Shown here: positions 31,194-43,476 of the stretch, one piece after another
How the letters are laid out: each line of letters opens with the position of its first letter
How positions within the stretch are numbered: position 1 is the first letter of the stretch
DNA from: an uncultured delta proteobacterium
GTDB lineage: Bacteria; Myxococcota; Myxococcia; Myxococcales; Anaeromyxobacteraceae
Length of the DNA: 64,000 nt
Assembly (NCBI GenBank): GCA_963845515.1
Contig: CAWJSR010000029.1
Span: 288,001 to 352,000 of the forward strand
Direction of reading: 5' to 3'
Made by a program: the position numbers and the translations under genes
The notes under the pieces: generated by a model
What the model saw: the letters and a program-made list of their open reading frames with translations, nothing else
Databases searched by the model: none
What the model was told of the DNA's origin: nothing

Positions 31194-32090
31194 ATGACTC
31201 CCGTTCGACGGATCCTCAAGGGGAAGACCTACCTCGCGACGCGCCGATGCTCGGAGCGTCGCTTCTTCCTCAAACCCTCGAAGAGGACCGCGGGGATCTT
31301 CCTCTACGCCATCGCCCTCTACGCGAAGCGCTACGCCGTCCAGATCCACGCCTACTGCGTCCTCTCGAACCATTACCACCTGGTCCTCACCGACACCCTC
31401 GGCCGGCTCCCTGACTTCGAGCGCGACGTCAATGCCCTCATCGCCAAGGTCACCAACTGCGCCCTCGGCCGATGGGACGCCTTCTGGGAGCGCGTCAGCT
31501 ACAGCGCCGTCGAGCTCGTGACGCCCGCTTCCGTCCTCGAGAAGCTCGTCTACACCCTCGCCAACCCCGTGGCCGCCGGCCTCGTCTCGCTCGCCTCGAA
31601 GTGGCCCGGCGACTGGTCCGACCCGCGACGGATCGGGGGGCCGCCCGTCCGGATCGAGCGGCCAAAGGTGTTCTTCGACGAGGAGGGGCAGATGCCCGCT
31701 TTCGTTGAGCTCCAGCTCACCCCTCCCCCTGCATTCGCGGACGACCCGACCTTCGTTGAGCAGGTGCTCGGTGCCTTGCGCGAAGCCGAGGCCTCCGAGG
31801 CGGCCAACCTCGCCCGCGAAGAGCGCGCCTTCATGGGCGTCGCGCGAGTCCTCGCCCAGAGCTTCTTCGCACGTCCTGCCCCCGGCGAGCCGCGCCGAGT
31901 CCTCAGCCCCCGCGTCGCCTGTCGGAACGGGTGGAAGCGGATCGAGGCGCTCCAGCGGCTGACGCGGTTCCAGCGCGCCTACCGCGACGCGCTCGACGCC
32001 TGGCGATCCGGCATGCGCGACGTGCTCTTCCCACTCGGAACCTGGCAGATGCGCGTCCGTCATGCCGCGCGCTGCGCGGACTATGGCTAG
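31194..32090 (+). mobile_element. REP-associated tyrosine transposase (RAYT; IS200/Y1 HUH family)
   Basis: TRRC..RRF, AYCVLSNHYHLV (HUH), FWE...Y, YTLANPVAAGLV..A.KWP catalytic Tyr motif. Confidence 0.88.
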
Positions 32091-32161
32091 CGACCGCATC
32101 GGAACAGCCTCCACCGACCGACCGCGGAGATTCCGTCCGACCAGGCATGTCCGCAGATCGC

Positions 32162-32352
32162 CATTGCCGCCTCTCGGCTGCCGCTCGGAGTCGTGATCTG
32201 GAGGTTCGGCGCGATCATTCGGTCCAATCTGGGCTTCTCAGCCCCCTACCTGCTGCCTCTCCTTGTCCCCGTCCTTCCTATCGGTTGTTTCCTTTCACTT
32301 CGGCGGTCGGATCACCTTCGGGCGGGGGCTTGGCTTGGCTTGGCTTGGAGCC
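32162..32352. repeat. Structured direct repeat, copy 2, with (GGCTT)4 tract at 32327-32346
   Basis: Direct match to 30374-30544; begins 1 bp after the stop of the immunity gene on the minus strand. Confidence 0.92.
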
Positions 32353-32353
32353 G

Positions 32354-32563
32354 TCACGGGGCACACGCTTCGGGGCTCTCCACCACATCTTCGTGGGCCA
32401 GCACTATCTGGGCCAACGTGCGCCCAGTTGCCGGATCGGAGAACTCGACTTCATAGTGCCCGTCCTCATAGACCTCGATCACGTAGCCCAGCATCCCGCG
32501 AAGCGCGCCTTCACGCGCGTATTTGTCGGATACAAGCCTGACTCTTGTGTACGCGGTCAGCAT
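32354..32563 (-). CDS. DUF4926-like protein, putative cognate immunity protein
   Basis: VRL......G...G..G.VIEVY....YEVEFSD..G.T pattern; lies 6 bp after the RHS toxin stop. Confidence 0.78.
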   Translation of the reverse strand: MLTAYTRVRLVSDKYAREGALRGMLGYVIEVYEDGHYEVEFSDPATGRTLAQIVLAHEDVVESPEACAP

Positions 32564-32569
32564 GTTCGC

Positions 32570-35500
32570 CTACCTCGTAAATCCCGAGAACGGCGTATTG
32601 AGCTTGATGCTGCCGTCGGGTTGGACCATCCATCCCGACCGCATGTGACTAGTCTTTCCACTGGCGCTGCCTATGCCCGGCACCTCTATTTCGATGTCGA
32701 TGCGTTGCCCGTATTGATCCAGTTTGCCCAAGGTATATTCGCCATTTGCAAACTTTGCGGCGCCCTGTTCTTCCCACATCTTGGCGAGTCGCGCAGAGTG
32801 CTCCTCCGCGTACCCGAGTTCCCTAAATACAGCGTCCTTCCCGTGTGTAGCGCCCCGCCTAAAGACGTAGTCTGCGAACTTCTGTACGGGAGCCGTAGCC
32901 CTTGCGTTGAGAACGAGGGGGTTCTCCAAACGGCCCACGCCCGCCGCTGCGCGGGCCGCGGCCGGCCTAACCCCGGCCCGTACCGCCGGCCCCGCTTCAG
33001 CGCCAACATAGTATGACCACACCAGCACACTGAACTGCACTAGATCTTCAATTTCGGGGGGCGGTCCCGACTCACTCATGCGCCCGCCATATGGTGCAAT
33101 CGCGTCGTCCAAGAGCCCCTTACGAACCATCTCGCCATAGGTCAGGTGATCGTTGACGCCGTTGCGCTCCAGGAATTCCAGAGAATTCCGAAGCTGTATC
33201 GTTATAGGGTCCCTGCCATCCGGATCTACCAATCGCTGTGGCTTCCACCTCGCATATGCATAGAGCGACACCTTTCCCGGTTCCGGCGCCTCGCTCCAAT
33301 TCTGCACAATCGGATCCGTGCTCACCCACCGCGCCCTCACCGGATCCAGGTACCTCGCCCCGAAGTAGTAGAGCCCCGTCTCCTCGTCCATCTCCTTCGC
33401 CGAGAACAGGAACTGCTGCCTGTGCACCGGGTCGCCGTCGGAGTCGTACCTCGCGTCGCGCCAGACCTCGCCGTACGGGAAGTACTCCACGTGCTCGTGG
33501 ACGCGGCCGTTCTGGTCGGTCACCCATGACGTCGAGCCGAGGTGATCCGAGTGGTAGTAGTAGGTCGCCGGCTTGATCTTCGTCGTGTCGGGGCGCCGGT
33601 CGAGGACCGGGTTGGCCGCCGGGTCGATCGGGCACTTCTGTGGCTGGTAGGTGCTCGGATTGCAGCCGTTGAAGCCCTCGACCGTCGTGCCATCCACGAT
33701 CGGGCTCGTCACCGTCGTCCCCTCGCTCCAGCTCGGCTCCCAGCCCGGCGACGGCAGCAGCTTCGACGCTATGCGCGTCTCTCCGATGAAGATGTGCTTC
33801 GTCGCCGCCTTGCGCCCCTTCAGCGCGAAGAACTGCCCGACCGTGATCGACTCGCCGCCGCGCCCGAGCTTCACCACGCGCTGGCCGCCGGCGTCGTAGA
33901 TGAAGCGCGTGATGTTCCAGCCGCCGCCGTCGATGACGGCGTTCAGCTCGTTCTCCTCGCCCCAGAAGTAGCGGCGCAGCTTGTCGGAGTTCGCCTGGCA
34001 CGTCGCGTCCCCGTGATCGCGGCACTCGCGCAGCGTGTTGCCGTTGGCGTCGTAGACGAGGTTGCGATCGCCGATCTTCGTCGCCTGGTGGGGCGCCGCG
34101 CTCCCGTACACGTAGTCGAAGTCGTGGTTGGTCTGCGGCGGATGGGCCGTCTCGTTCTCCGGGTCGTTCGCCGTCGTCAACCAGTGCTTCTGGTCGAGCC
34201 GCGTCATGTTGTGGATCTCGTCGAACGCGTAGGTCGTCTTGAACGAGTCATTCACTCCGGGGCGCGACTTCGCCGCGCCCGTCGCGGTCGTGAGCCGGTA
34301 GAGGTCGTCGTAGTCGTACGTGTACGAGACCGCTCCGGACCGCCGCCCGGTCGCCTCACCGAGCGCGTTCGTGAGCGTCTTCACGTTCCCTACCAGATCG
34401 TAGGTGTACGTCAGCGCCTGCAGCGTCCGTCCGATCGAGGCCGTGGTGCAGGTGCTTCAGCCGCTGCGTGTCGGGCTCGTACGTCCAGCTCGTCGCCGCC
34501 CCGTTCCCGAGGCTGGCCGTGCGCCGCTGCGCCGAACTCGTCGTAGGTCATCGAGGCCAGGTAGACCTCGGTCGCCTCATCCCAGTGCTTCGTGGCCGGC
34601 CGGTGGCCCTGCGCGTGGTTCACGAGCCCGGCGACGTCGTACGTGTAGTCGAGCTGCTCGCCGTCCGGGTACCAGAGCGTCAGCATCCGGCCGAAGGAGT
34701 CGAACTTGAACCGCGTCTCGAAGGTCTGCGGGGAGTCGTTCGGCTTGAGCGGCTTCACCGTCCGGGTGGAGCGGATCACCTCGCCGAGCTTCCCGTAGCC
34801 GCGCGTCTCGAAGCCGGCGTCGTCCAGCACCCGGACGATCCTGCCCACCCCGTTCTCGGGGCTACCCGGAGGGCCGTACTCGTACTTCACGTCGGTCCCG
34901 AAGGGCTTCTGGACCGCGATGAGCTGGTCGTAGTCGTACTCGTAGGTGACGCTTCGCCCTGGCATCTCGCAGGTTACCGTCCTGTCGCGACGCCAGGTTG
35001 CCCATGTCGTCGTAGACGAAGTCGGTCGTCCCCGCGTCTGGGCTCTCGAGCTGCGTCCGCCGGCCGAGCCGATCGTACTCGACGCGCGTCTCGTTCTTCT
35101 TCGCGTCGATCACGACGCGCAAGTCGCCCATCGGATCGTACTGGTAGCGCGTCGTGTGGACGAGCGAGTCGATGTGCTCCTCGACGGCCGAGATCTTGTC
35201 GTCGAGCCGCCGGTACATGACGCGCGTCTTCTCTAGCGGGTCGACCACCGTCGCGCGGCGCCGCAGGAAGGAGTCGTCGGCGGAGCGTGCGAGGTCATAG
35301 GTCATCTGGTAGACGCCGCCGTTCGGCTCGACCGTCCGGGTCTTGCGGCCCGAGGACGTCGTACGTCGGAGGTCGTCTTGTAGACCGGCGCGTCCTCGCG
35401 GAAGCCCGGGTCCGTGCCCGGGATGAAGTAGGTGATCCCCTGCTCCGTCGACGCGCCCCATCACGTCGAAGCGCTGCCGTCCGCTGGACGCCACGTCCGG

Positions 35501-38500
35501 GGCCACGCTCCTGCACCAGCACGGTCTTCTGCGTCTGGATGGCGCGAGCACATGCCGTCCATGTAGACGAAGGTGTCGAGCCAGCCGCCGCTGGGCAGGA
35601 GGTTGTGGGTCCCGCGCGCGGAGGGCCTGGCGTCCGGCGCGTAGTCGACCTGGACCGCCGGCACGAGGTTCTCGTAGGGCCCGAAGACCTCGTCGATCCG
35701 GCCGTTCGCGTCGAGGACGCGGCGTGTGACGTTGCCGTTGAGATCGGTCGTCCTCTCGACCTCGCCGAACTGCTCGTCGTAGATCGCGCTCGAGACGTAG
35801 CCGTGCGCGTCCTCCACCTGCGTCGGGTAGGTGCGGGTGACGCCGCTCGTGTCGTAGCGGTAGCGGACCCAGTAGCGACGCCCGTTCACCTCGGGCTGAT
35901 GGACCTCGAAGAGCCGTCCGTCCGCGTTCCAGGAGAGGTCCACCTGGACGTACTTCGTGCCGTCCAGGTACGACCGCAGGTAGTCCAGGTTGCCGCGCGC
36001 GTCGTAGTGGGCCGTCCGCTTGCGCAGGAACTGTGCGTCGCCGGCGTGGTTCCAGACGAGCAGATCCTCTGGCCTGGCCACGGAGTAGAGCGCCGTGGCT
36101 GCGGAGTCGTTCGCGTAGGTGACCGTCGCGTACAGATCGTCGCCGGTGTTGAGCGGATCGGCGTCACCGAGGTCCGTGAACGTCTTCACGTTTCCGGTCA
36201 GCGGGTCGTACGTGTAGCTCTGGCGGGTGACCAGCTTCGCGGCGGGATCTCCCGAGGTCTCGTGGAGCTCCTGCTCGACGGTGTCGAGCGAGATGAAGTG
36301 CGCACCGCACCACTCGTCGAGCGTCGGCCGCAGGAAGAAGGGGGCCGCCTCCCTGCACGGGTCCAGCGCCGGCGCGGGCCGGGCGTTCGTGTCGTCGTAG
36401 CGGGACGGCGTGGAGTAGGCGTTGGTCGTCTTCGCGAGGACGCGACCCGTCGAGTCGGTGAGCGTCTCGGTCAGGAGGAGCCCCTTAACGAGGACGCCGT
36501 CGTTCCGGAAGGTGCGCACGACCGTCGCGCCGTCCGCACGCGTCTCGCTGGTGCTGTCGAAGCCCAGGAAGTCGCGCTCGTAGCGGTGGTACCGACCGCT
36601 CCCGTAACCGAACGAGGTGGCGATGTCGTGGCCGGGATTCCCGTCCGCGCGGCCGTCGTGCATGACGACGTTGGAGAGGACCCACCGGCTCTCCGGCATC
36701 TCGACGGTGTTCCCGGTGCGCGCGTACTCCAGCTCGAAGCTCCCACCGAGCGGCCGCGAGACCGCCTTGAGCAGGTTCCCCTTCTTGAGCTGGTTGAGCC
36801 GCACCCAGACCGCCTCGTTGTCGCTGCCGGGGTTCTTCTCGGCCTTCAGGACGTGGTCGGCGAGCCCGTCCCCGTCCATGTCCTGGAGCCCCAGGGCAAA
36901 CCCCGAGACGCGCTTGAAGGTCTTGTCACCACCCACGGAGAAGTGGAGCCAGGGAGTCCCAGCGATGGTGAGCGGACCGACGCCCCACGAGACGACGAAG
37001 CCGACCGTAGGCATCTCTCCGTAGGTCCCGCTCGCCTCGACCGCGTCGACGGAGGACGAGCCGTTGACCTTGGCGAGCACCTGGTTGACGCCGGCCGAGA
37101 GCCCTGTGTCCCGCAGCCAGGGCTGCGTGACGCCGGCTGGCCACGGCGCCACCGGGAGGTACTCCTCCGCGTCGAACCCGAAGCCGTTGTTCAGCCGCAC
37201 GGTGAAGCGGTGGTCCTTGGTGGACTTCCGGATGTAGTCCGGCAAGCCGTCGCCGTTGATGTCCGCCAGCGAGACGCCGGTCGCGGCGATGCTCGAGTCC
37301 CAGTTCACCGACGCGCCGTAGTTCTCGTAGAGCGTGAAGCCTGCGTTGGCGTTGAGGCTGACCGACGGTGGTCTTGCGCACCCTGTCCGCCGTCACGACG
37401 CTTGCCGGGAGGACGTCCGAGAGCGCGCCGATGAGATCGTCGAGGTTCGCGGTCGCTCCAGTTCGCGACCGGGACGCAGTCTGCATGTGCCGCGAAGTGC
37501 GTGCCCAGGTTCAGGCGGACCGAGAAGCAGCCGGGGACCTCCCGGCTCACCTCGTCCGGGAGGCCGTCGCCGTTCACGTCGGCCAGCTCCCGCTCGGTCG
37601 AGCTGAAGTTGACTCCGATGCCGCCTCCGACCGACGGGTACATGGAGATGAGCGCCTCGACGACGCCGTCGTCGGACATGCGGCGCCAGGGATCCGAGAC
37701 GCCGAGCCCGAAGCTGGCCGAGCCATCCTCGCTCTTCCGGAGCCCGAAGCCCTCTGCGGGCCTCTCCGCGGCGGGCCTGCTCGGATCGCGAACGTCGGTC
37801 ACGCGGACGGAGGTCCCTTCACCGGCGCGGGAGACGACGTCGACCACGCGGTCGCCGTTCATGTCCAGGACGTCGGTCTTCTGCGAGCTCGTGCCATTTG
37901 CGATGTTGAGGCTCACGCCGACGCCGCCGACCGAGACACCCGCCGAGAGCGACGTCGACTCGCCAGTGCTCTGCCGGAGCGCGGGCCCGAGCGCGAACAT
38001 CGCCAGGAGCGACGTGGTCTCCCCCGTCCCGCCACCGTGCTGGACGAACTGCCCCTTCGCGCGAGGCGTGCCAGATGCCCTGCCGAGATGAAGGTCGTCC
38101 CCTCCCTGCTCACGAAGGACGGTACGTGCGGGGCGAGCCCCGGCGCGGTCTTCGAGACCCAGGTGCCGAGCCTCCTCGGAACGAGCGGCGACGCGACCTG
38201 CGTCGTGTCCTGGACGCCGGAGCTCGGGTCACTGTAGGCGTCCTTCATCTCCTGCTGGGTGTCCGCCTCCACCTTCTTGTAGAGCCGCCGGGGATCCAGG
38301 TCCTGGTCGCTCGCGGCGTGCCATGCGCCGTAGTGGAAGAGGTGGTGGCCGCCGCCGAAGCGCGAGCGGACCACGTAGGTGTCCGCGCCGGACTTGTACG
38401 ACGTGTACCTCGAGTTGACGGTGACGGCGGTCGGCCACTCCAGGCCCGTGTCGTCCGGCGCGAACGTCACGATCGGCGTCCACGTCGCGCTGAACTGTGC

Positions 38501-41500
38501 GTCCGAGAAGATCTCGAAGAAGACCCGCTCTCCGGCTTCGACGTGCAGCTCCTCGACGATGGGCGCGTACGAGGAGCCATAGAGCTGGTCGAAGCGTCGC
38601 TTCACGATGAGTGAGCTGGCCGTGCGGGCGGCCACGTAGAGCGCGTCGGACGCGCGGTCCCAGATCCGGAGCGCAGGGGTGTATTCGTCCCGACGCCCCG
38701 GGTACTTCGGGTTGACGAAGACCCGGATCGTGCCGGACTCAGGCGCCACCCACGGCCTGATCGGACGGTCATCAGGCGCTGCCGAGACGTCCGCGTTCGG
38801 GTAGGTGTACCAGTAGGGCGAGATGGGGTTGTGGACCGGGAACCACGCGTCCGCCGTGAAGGACAGCGCCTCGGCCAACTCGGGCGGCGGGGCCTCGCAG
38901 CCGTTCGGTCCCATTCCACAGGCGGTCTCCATACGCCCGCCGATCGCCCAGTCGACCGCCGAGGGATCGACCGGGAGGTCCGTCTGGATGCGGAACACCA
39001 GCTTCTCTCCGGCGAGGACCGAGTAGCTCCCCGCCAGCGCGAACGTCCCGGCGGAGTTGGCGCCGAAGGTCTCATCGATCAGGTTCTCGAAGCCGCCGCC
39101 CTGGGCCTCGCAGCGGAGATCCTTCACCTCGGCGGTCTGGGAGAAGCGCTGGACGCAGACCCTGATCTCGTCGGTCGACTCCCTCTTGACCAGCGAGGTC
39201 TCGATCCTGAGCGTCCCCGTGGCCGGGATCGAGATCGACGGCGCGGGCTGGCCGGCGATCCTGAAGTCGCGGGCCTGATCGAAGTGGAACGTCGCGGCGC
39301 CATTCGGCTCGACGCGCCCCTGCTGCTCCTCGTCGAGCGCGCTGCACGGCGAGACGGCGCACTGTCCGAGGTGCGTGTACGAGATCGCCGGGGAGAAGCT
39401 GACGTCCTCGAGGGGCGACGGGACCGCGCGATTCACCGGGAAGTCGGCCAGGGTCGAGAGGACGACGAAGACTCGCATGCCCGGGAAGACGTCGAGGTTG
39501 GCGACGCCGACGGTCAACGGAACACCTGCGTCGGCGTGCGTCTTCACCTGCTCGAAGACCTTCGTCGCGGCGCTGTCGCGGCTCCCGTTCCAGGTGAACA
39601 CCTGGACCCTGACCCCGTCCCGCTCCGGAGGCAGCGGCGAGGGCTGGACGCGCTCCACGAAGGACAGGTCGCCGTAGACGTCGACGCGCCCGTAGAAGGG
39701 CGCCACCCACTCGAGGACGGCGTCTGAGGGCTTCATCTGCTCGCGGATGCTGTCCTCCAGCGCCTGCTGATCGGGGTTCGTCCCCGTCGGCGTGCTCGCC
39801 AGGCTCGTGCCGGTGACCATGGGCGCGAACGCAAACCCCTTCGCCGATGGCGAGCGGTGCTGGTTCAGGAGGACACCGGACTCCTGCACGACGTCCACGA
39901 GGCCGTCGCCGTCGGCGTCACCCAGGAACTCCGTCGTCTTGGTCTCGAAGTGGGAGTAGCCGGCGTTGGCCGAGACGGGCCCGTAGGACGCCTGCAGCGC
40001 TGCGTTCCACCCGTTCCCCTCCTCCTTGCCGAGCGTGGGGAGCGGCACTGGGCGCACCTCGCCGCTGGCCGGGTCGCCGGCCGGGAGCGTGCGCCGCAGC
40101 TCGCGAGTGCTCGAGGCGAGCGTGCTGGTGTTGAAGCGCACGTCGTACCCGTCGCCGCCTTCCGTGACGCGATCGGGGAGGCCGTCGCCGTTGACGTCGA
40201 GGAGCAGGCTCTTCGTCACCGTCTCGTGCTCCGTCTCGCCGACGCGGCCGCCGACGGTGCCGGTGATCTTGTCGTAGGTGAAGCCGATCCCGCCGTAGCC
40301 GTGGATCGACCAGCCGCTCTCCTCCCCGTGCGAGATGGAGAGGTCGTCGGGCGTCTCCTTGAACGTCCACGCGACCGGCGGCGCAAAGGAGTTGGCGAAG
40401 TCTGCGTCGTACCAGGAGAACGTGTGGGTGTTGAAGAGCGTGCGGATCCCTTCAGCGCCCGCGCCGAAGACCTCCACCTTCGTCAGGCGCGACTTCCAGA
40501 AGCTCTCGCTCTTTCGCTCGTACGAGAGCCGGTATTCCCGGATCGTGTCGGTCCTGCCGTTGCGATCGATCTGGACGAGGATCGACTTCAGGCGGCGCCG
40601 GAGCACCGTCTTGAAGCCGAGCCGGCCAGAGGTGATCTCGTCGGGGCGATCGAGGTGGCGCCCGCGCGTGTCCTGCTCGCTCACCAGCTCCACGTGGTAC
40701 GGACCGGTCTCCGACGTTCCGAAGGGATCCCGCGTGGTCGCGTACGCCCGCCCCGTGTACTGGATGCTCCTCAAGTAGAGCTGGCGGAAGTCCTCCTCGT
40801 GCCTGGCCGCAGTCTGACCGGGGTGCCGGACGGTGGGGCGCACCTTCATGTCGGTGTCGTAGACGAGCTGCGTCAGGTTCCCATTGACGTCGACGACGCG
40901 CTCCAGGTGCCACGCGCCGATATTGCCGAGGCCGTCATAGTCGAAGAGGCGCGCCGCCTCGCTCTTGCCGTAGAGATGGAAGTTGCCCTGCTTGTCCTGG
41001 ACCTCGAACCAGAAGTCGGTCGGGCCGGTCCCGCAGCGGAGGATTCGACGGAAGCTCCTCTCCACCCGGGCGCGATAGCGCGTCCCGGTGGTGCCGCCCG
41101 CGCACGCCGGCGTCTCGCTCGTCGGAACGAGCTGCTCGCCGTCGAGGAGGTAGCGGGGCTCGCTGGCGCCGTACTCGGGCGCACCGAAGCGCGTGTCGAT
41201 CTGGACGCTCGAGACGGCGAGATCCCAGCCGACGCCGAGCCAGCCGTTGGACCCGCCCGAGTCGTAAGAGAGACGCAGCTCGGGCTGGTAGGCACCACGC
41301 GCCCCGGGCAGTCGGATGGGAAGGCCGACCTGTGCGCTCCCCATGTTGTTCACGCCGGGAGGCGCGAGGAGGTCGATCCCCGCAGAAGGATCCGACGCCT
41401 TGAGATCCTTGATGGCGTTCGGGTTGAAGGATGACGGCCCCGGGTGCTCGGGGAGGACGAGGACCGCGTTGATCATGAAGGTGAAGTGGGTCGTCTCGCT

Positions 41501-43459
41501 CACCACCCGGCTCGTCGCGCGCTGGAGCTCGACCCGCGGGAGCGCGGTCCACTGCTCCGCGACGTCGTCGTAGAACCAGGTCTGGATCTCCTCCGGCGCG
41601 ATCCCTTCCGGGAGGAGCGTCGGGTCGTAGGGGAGCCCGACCCTGACCGGCTTCGCGAACTTCTGCCCCTTCGGCAGGAAGCGATAGGCGCCGTTGGCCG
41701 GCGCCGTCACGTTCACCATGCCTGCTTCCAGGGGCGGGATCTCCTCCGGCCCCTTTCGCCTCACGCCGACGCTGGTCGCCTTCGCGACGGCACCCTTGCC
41801 CGCCTCGAAGGTGACGTCCGTTCCGAGAGTGACCTTCCCGCCGTCTTCGGGGTCGATCGTCCCCCATGCGGTCTGGTTCTCCTGCCCGAAGCGCGCGGCG
41901 TCGGAGAGCGAAGGGACGGTCGCATTGGCCTCCTTCAGCAACTCTGCGGCGCCGTCCCGGTCGAGCACCACGGTGCGGACGGCGGAGGTTCCGTCGGGGA
42001 AGGTAGCCTGGACCTGAACGGTCCATGGGGACGGCGATCCCTCGGCCCGGTGGAGCGCGACGCCGAAGGCTCCGTCGACGCCCACGTCGGCGCCACCGAT
42101 CACCACGCGTCCCGGGCCGGCAGGCGACTCGGCCCAGCCGGCGATCCACGCGCGATCTCCGAAGCGCTCGCCAACCTCGCGCCCCCCTTCGAACACGACG
42201 ACCGGCGCGGTGAGGACGATGCGTGCCGTTCCGACCCTGCGCCCCACGCCGCTGCCCGCGACCGAGACCTCGGCGAGGCTCGCTCCGGGCAGGTCGGCGC
42301 GCGCCGCAGGCGGGAAGACGAGCCGAAGGGCCCTCGCCTCGCGTCCAGCCACCGGCAGCGCGCTGGAGACCGTCGCGAGCTCCACGTCCGGCTCGCGGCG
42401 CCAGCCGGCCGCCTCGAGCAGCTCGAGCGCAGACAGGGTCACCGGCGCAGCCCCCAACCGGATGGCGCCAGCGTCGAGCGATGTCGGCCTGTCCAGCGCG
42501 AGCTCGATCGTCCCCGACACCGCGGCCGGGGTCGCGTCGTCGTCCACGGCAGACGACAGCCTGAGGTGCGTCTCGCGGTCGAAGAGGTCGAGGCCGTCGT
42601 CCGAGACGATCAGGAGGCGCAGGCCGGAGACCTGGACCGTTCCCGTGGCCTCCGGGGGAACGCAGAGGACGACGCTGCCCGCCGTCGCCAGCCGCTCAGG
42701 GTCCAGCTCGTCGACCAGCGTCCGTGCCGTGGCGACGTTCCCGACCCAGAAGCCGCCCGTCACCGCGTCGCCGCCAAGGATGCGCTCGAGCGCGAAGGCC
42801 CGCGGCACGTCCGCCTCGTAGGCCAGGTAGGCGCGCCGAGCAGCGGCCAGGTTCACCTCGGGGAAGGTGCCACGCAGACATCGTCCGCCGTCGGTGCTCC
42901 CGGCAGGGTCCAGCGTGGCCGTGGAGGGGAGCGCTGCGACGACGCGCACGTCCTCGAAGGCGTTGCCGTTCGCCAGGGTCGCCTCGGCCATCGTCTGGAC
43001 GTTTCTAGGCGACCGCGCCCTCCCGGCGCCCCAGAGCTCGAGCTCGTCGAGAATCGGCGCAGGCCCGACCCCACTGACGCGAAGCCTCAGCTCCGTTGCC
43101 GTCACGGGGCTCGAGAGGGAGATCGTGCCCCAGCCGCCCGTGAGCTCGACCTCGCCGCGTCCCGGAACCACCACGCTGATGCCGTCGCCGTGGACCTTCA
43201 CCGCCCGGACCTCGACGGCGTGATCGAACCGCACGACGAGCTCGAGCGTGCCGCTGACGGTCGCCCCTGTCGTGGTATCCCGGTCGGCGATCGAGGAGAG
43301 CTCGGCGCCGGCGGCGCTTCGGACGCTGGCGGCCGACAGCCGCATCGTCGGGCCGGGGTTGGGTCCGGTCGTCGCGGGAGACGGCGATGACCGGCTGCAA
43401 CCGGAGAGCGCGACAGCGGCGGAGCAAGAGAGGGCGAGGATTCGAGTCGTGCTGATCAT
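32570..43459 (-). CDS. Giant RHS polymorphic toxin: lipoprotein signal, ZU5-like, SpvB/TcdB-like N-region, FG-GAP-like repeats, YD/RHS core, DUF6883-like C-terminal toxin (multiple frameshifts)
   Basis: LSGC lipobox; LSYDSGGSNGWLGVGWDL (SpvB); DVNGDGLPD repeats; YYHSDHLGST, EYFPYGE, KEMDEETGLYYFGARY, DPDG; fragments 37913-43480, 37305-38000, 35461-37308, 34862-35551, 34411-34965, 32570-34384 are collinear. Confidence 0.85.
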
Positions 43460-43476
43460 GGATTGGCCCTCTCGGA

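Noticed and set aside
30374..32352. Group II intron, integron attC sites or CRISPR as the explanation of the direct repeats
   Set aside because: No reverse transcriptase or domain V motif, no RYYYAAC/GTTRRRY ends or integron integrase, only two long copies and no cas genes
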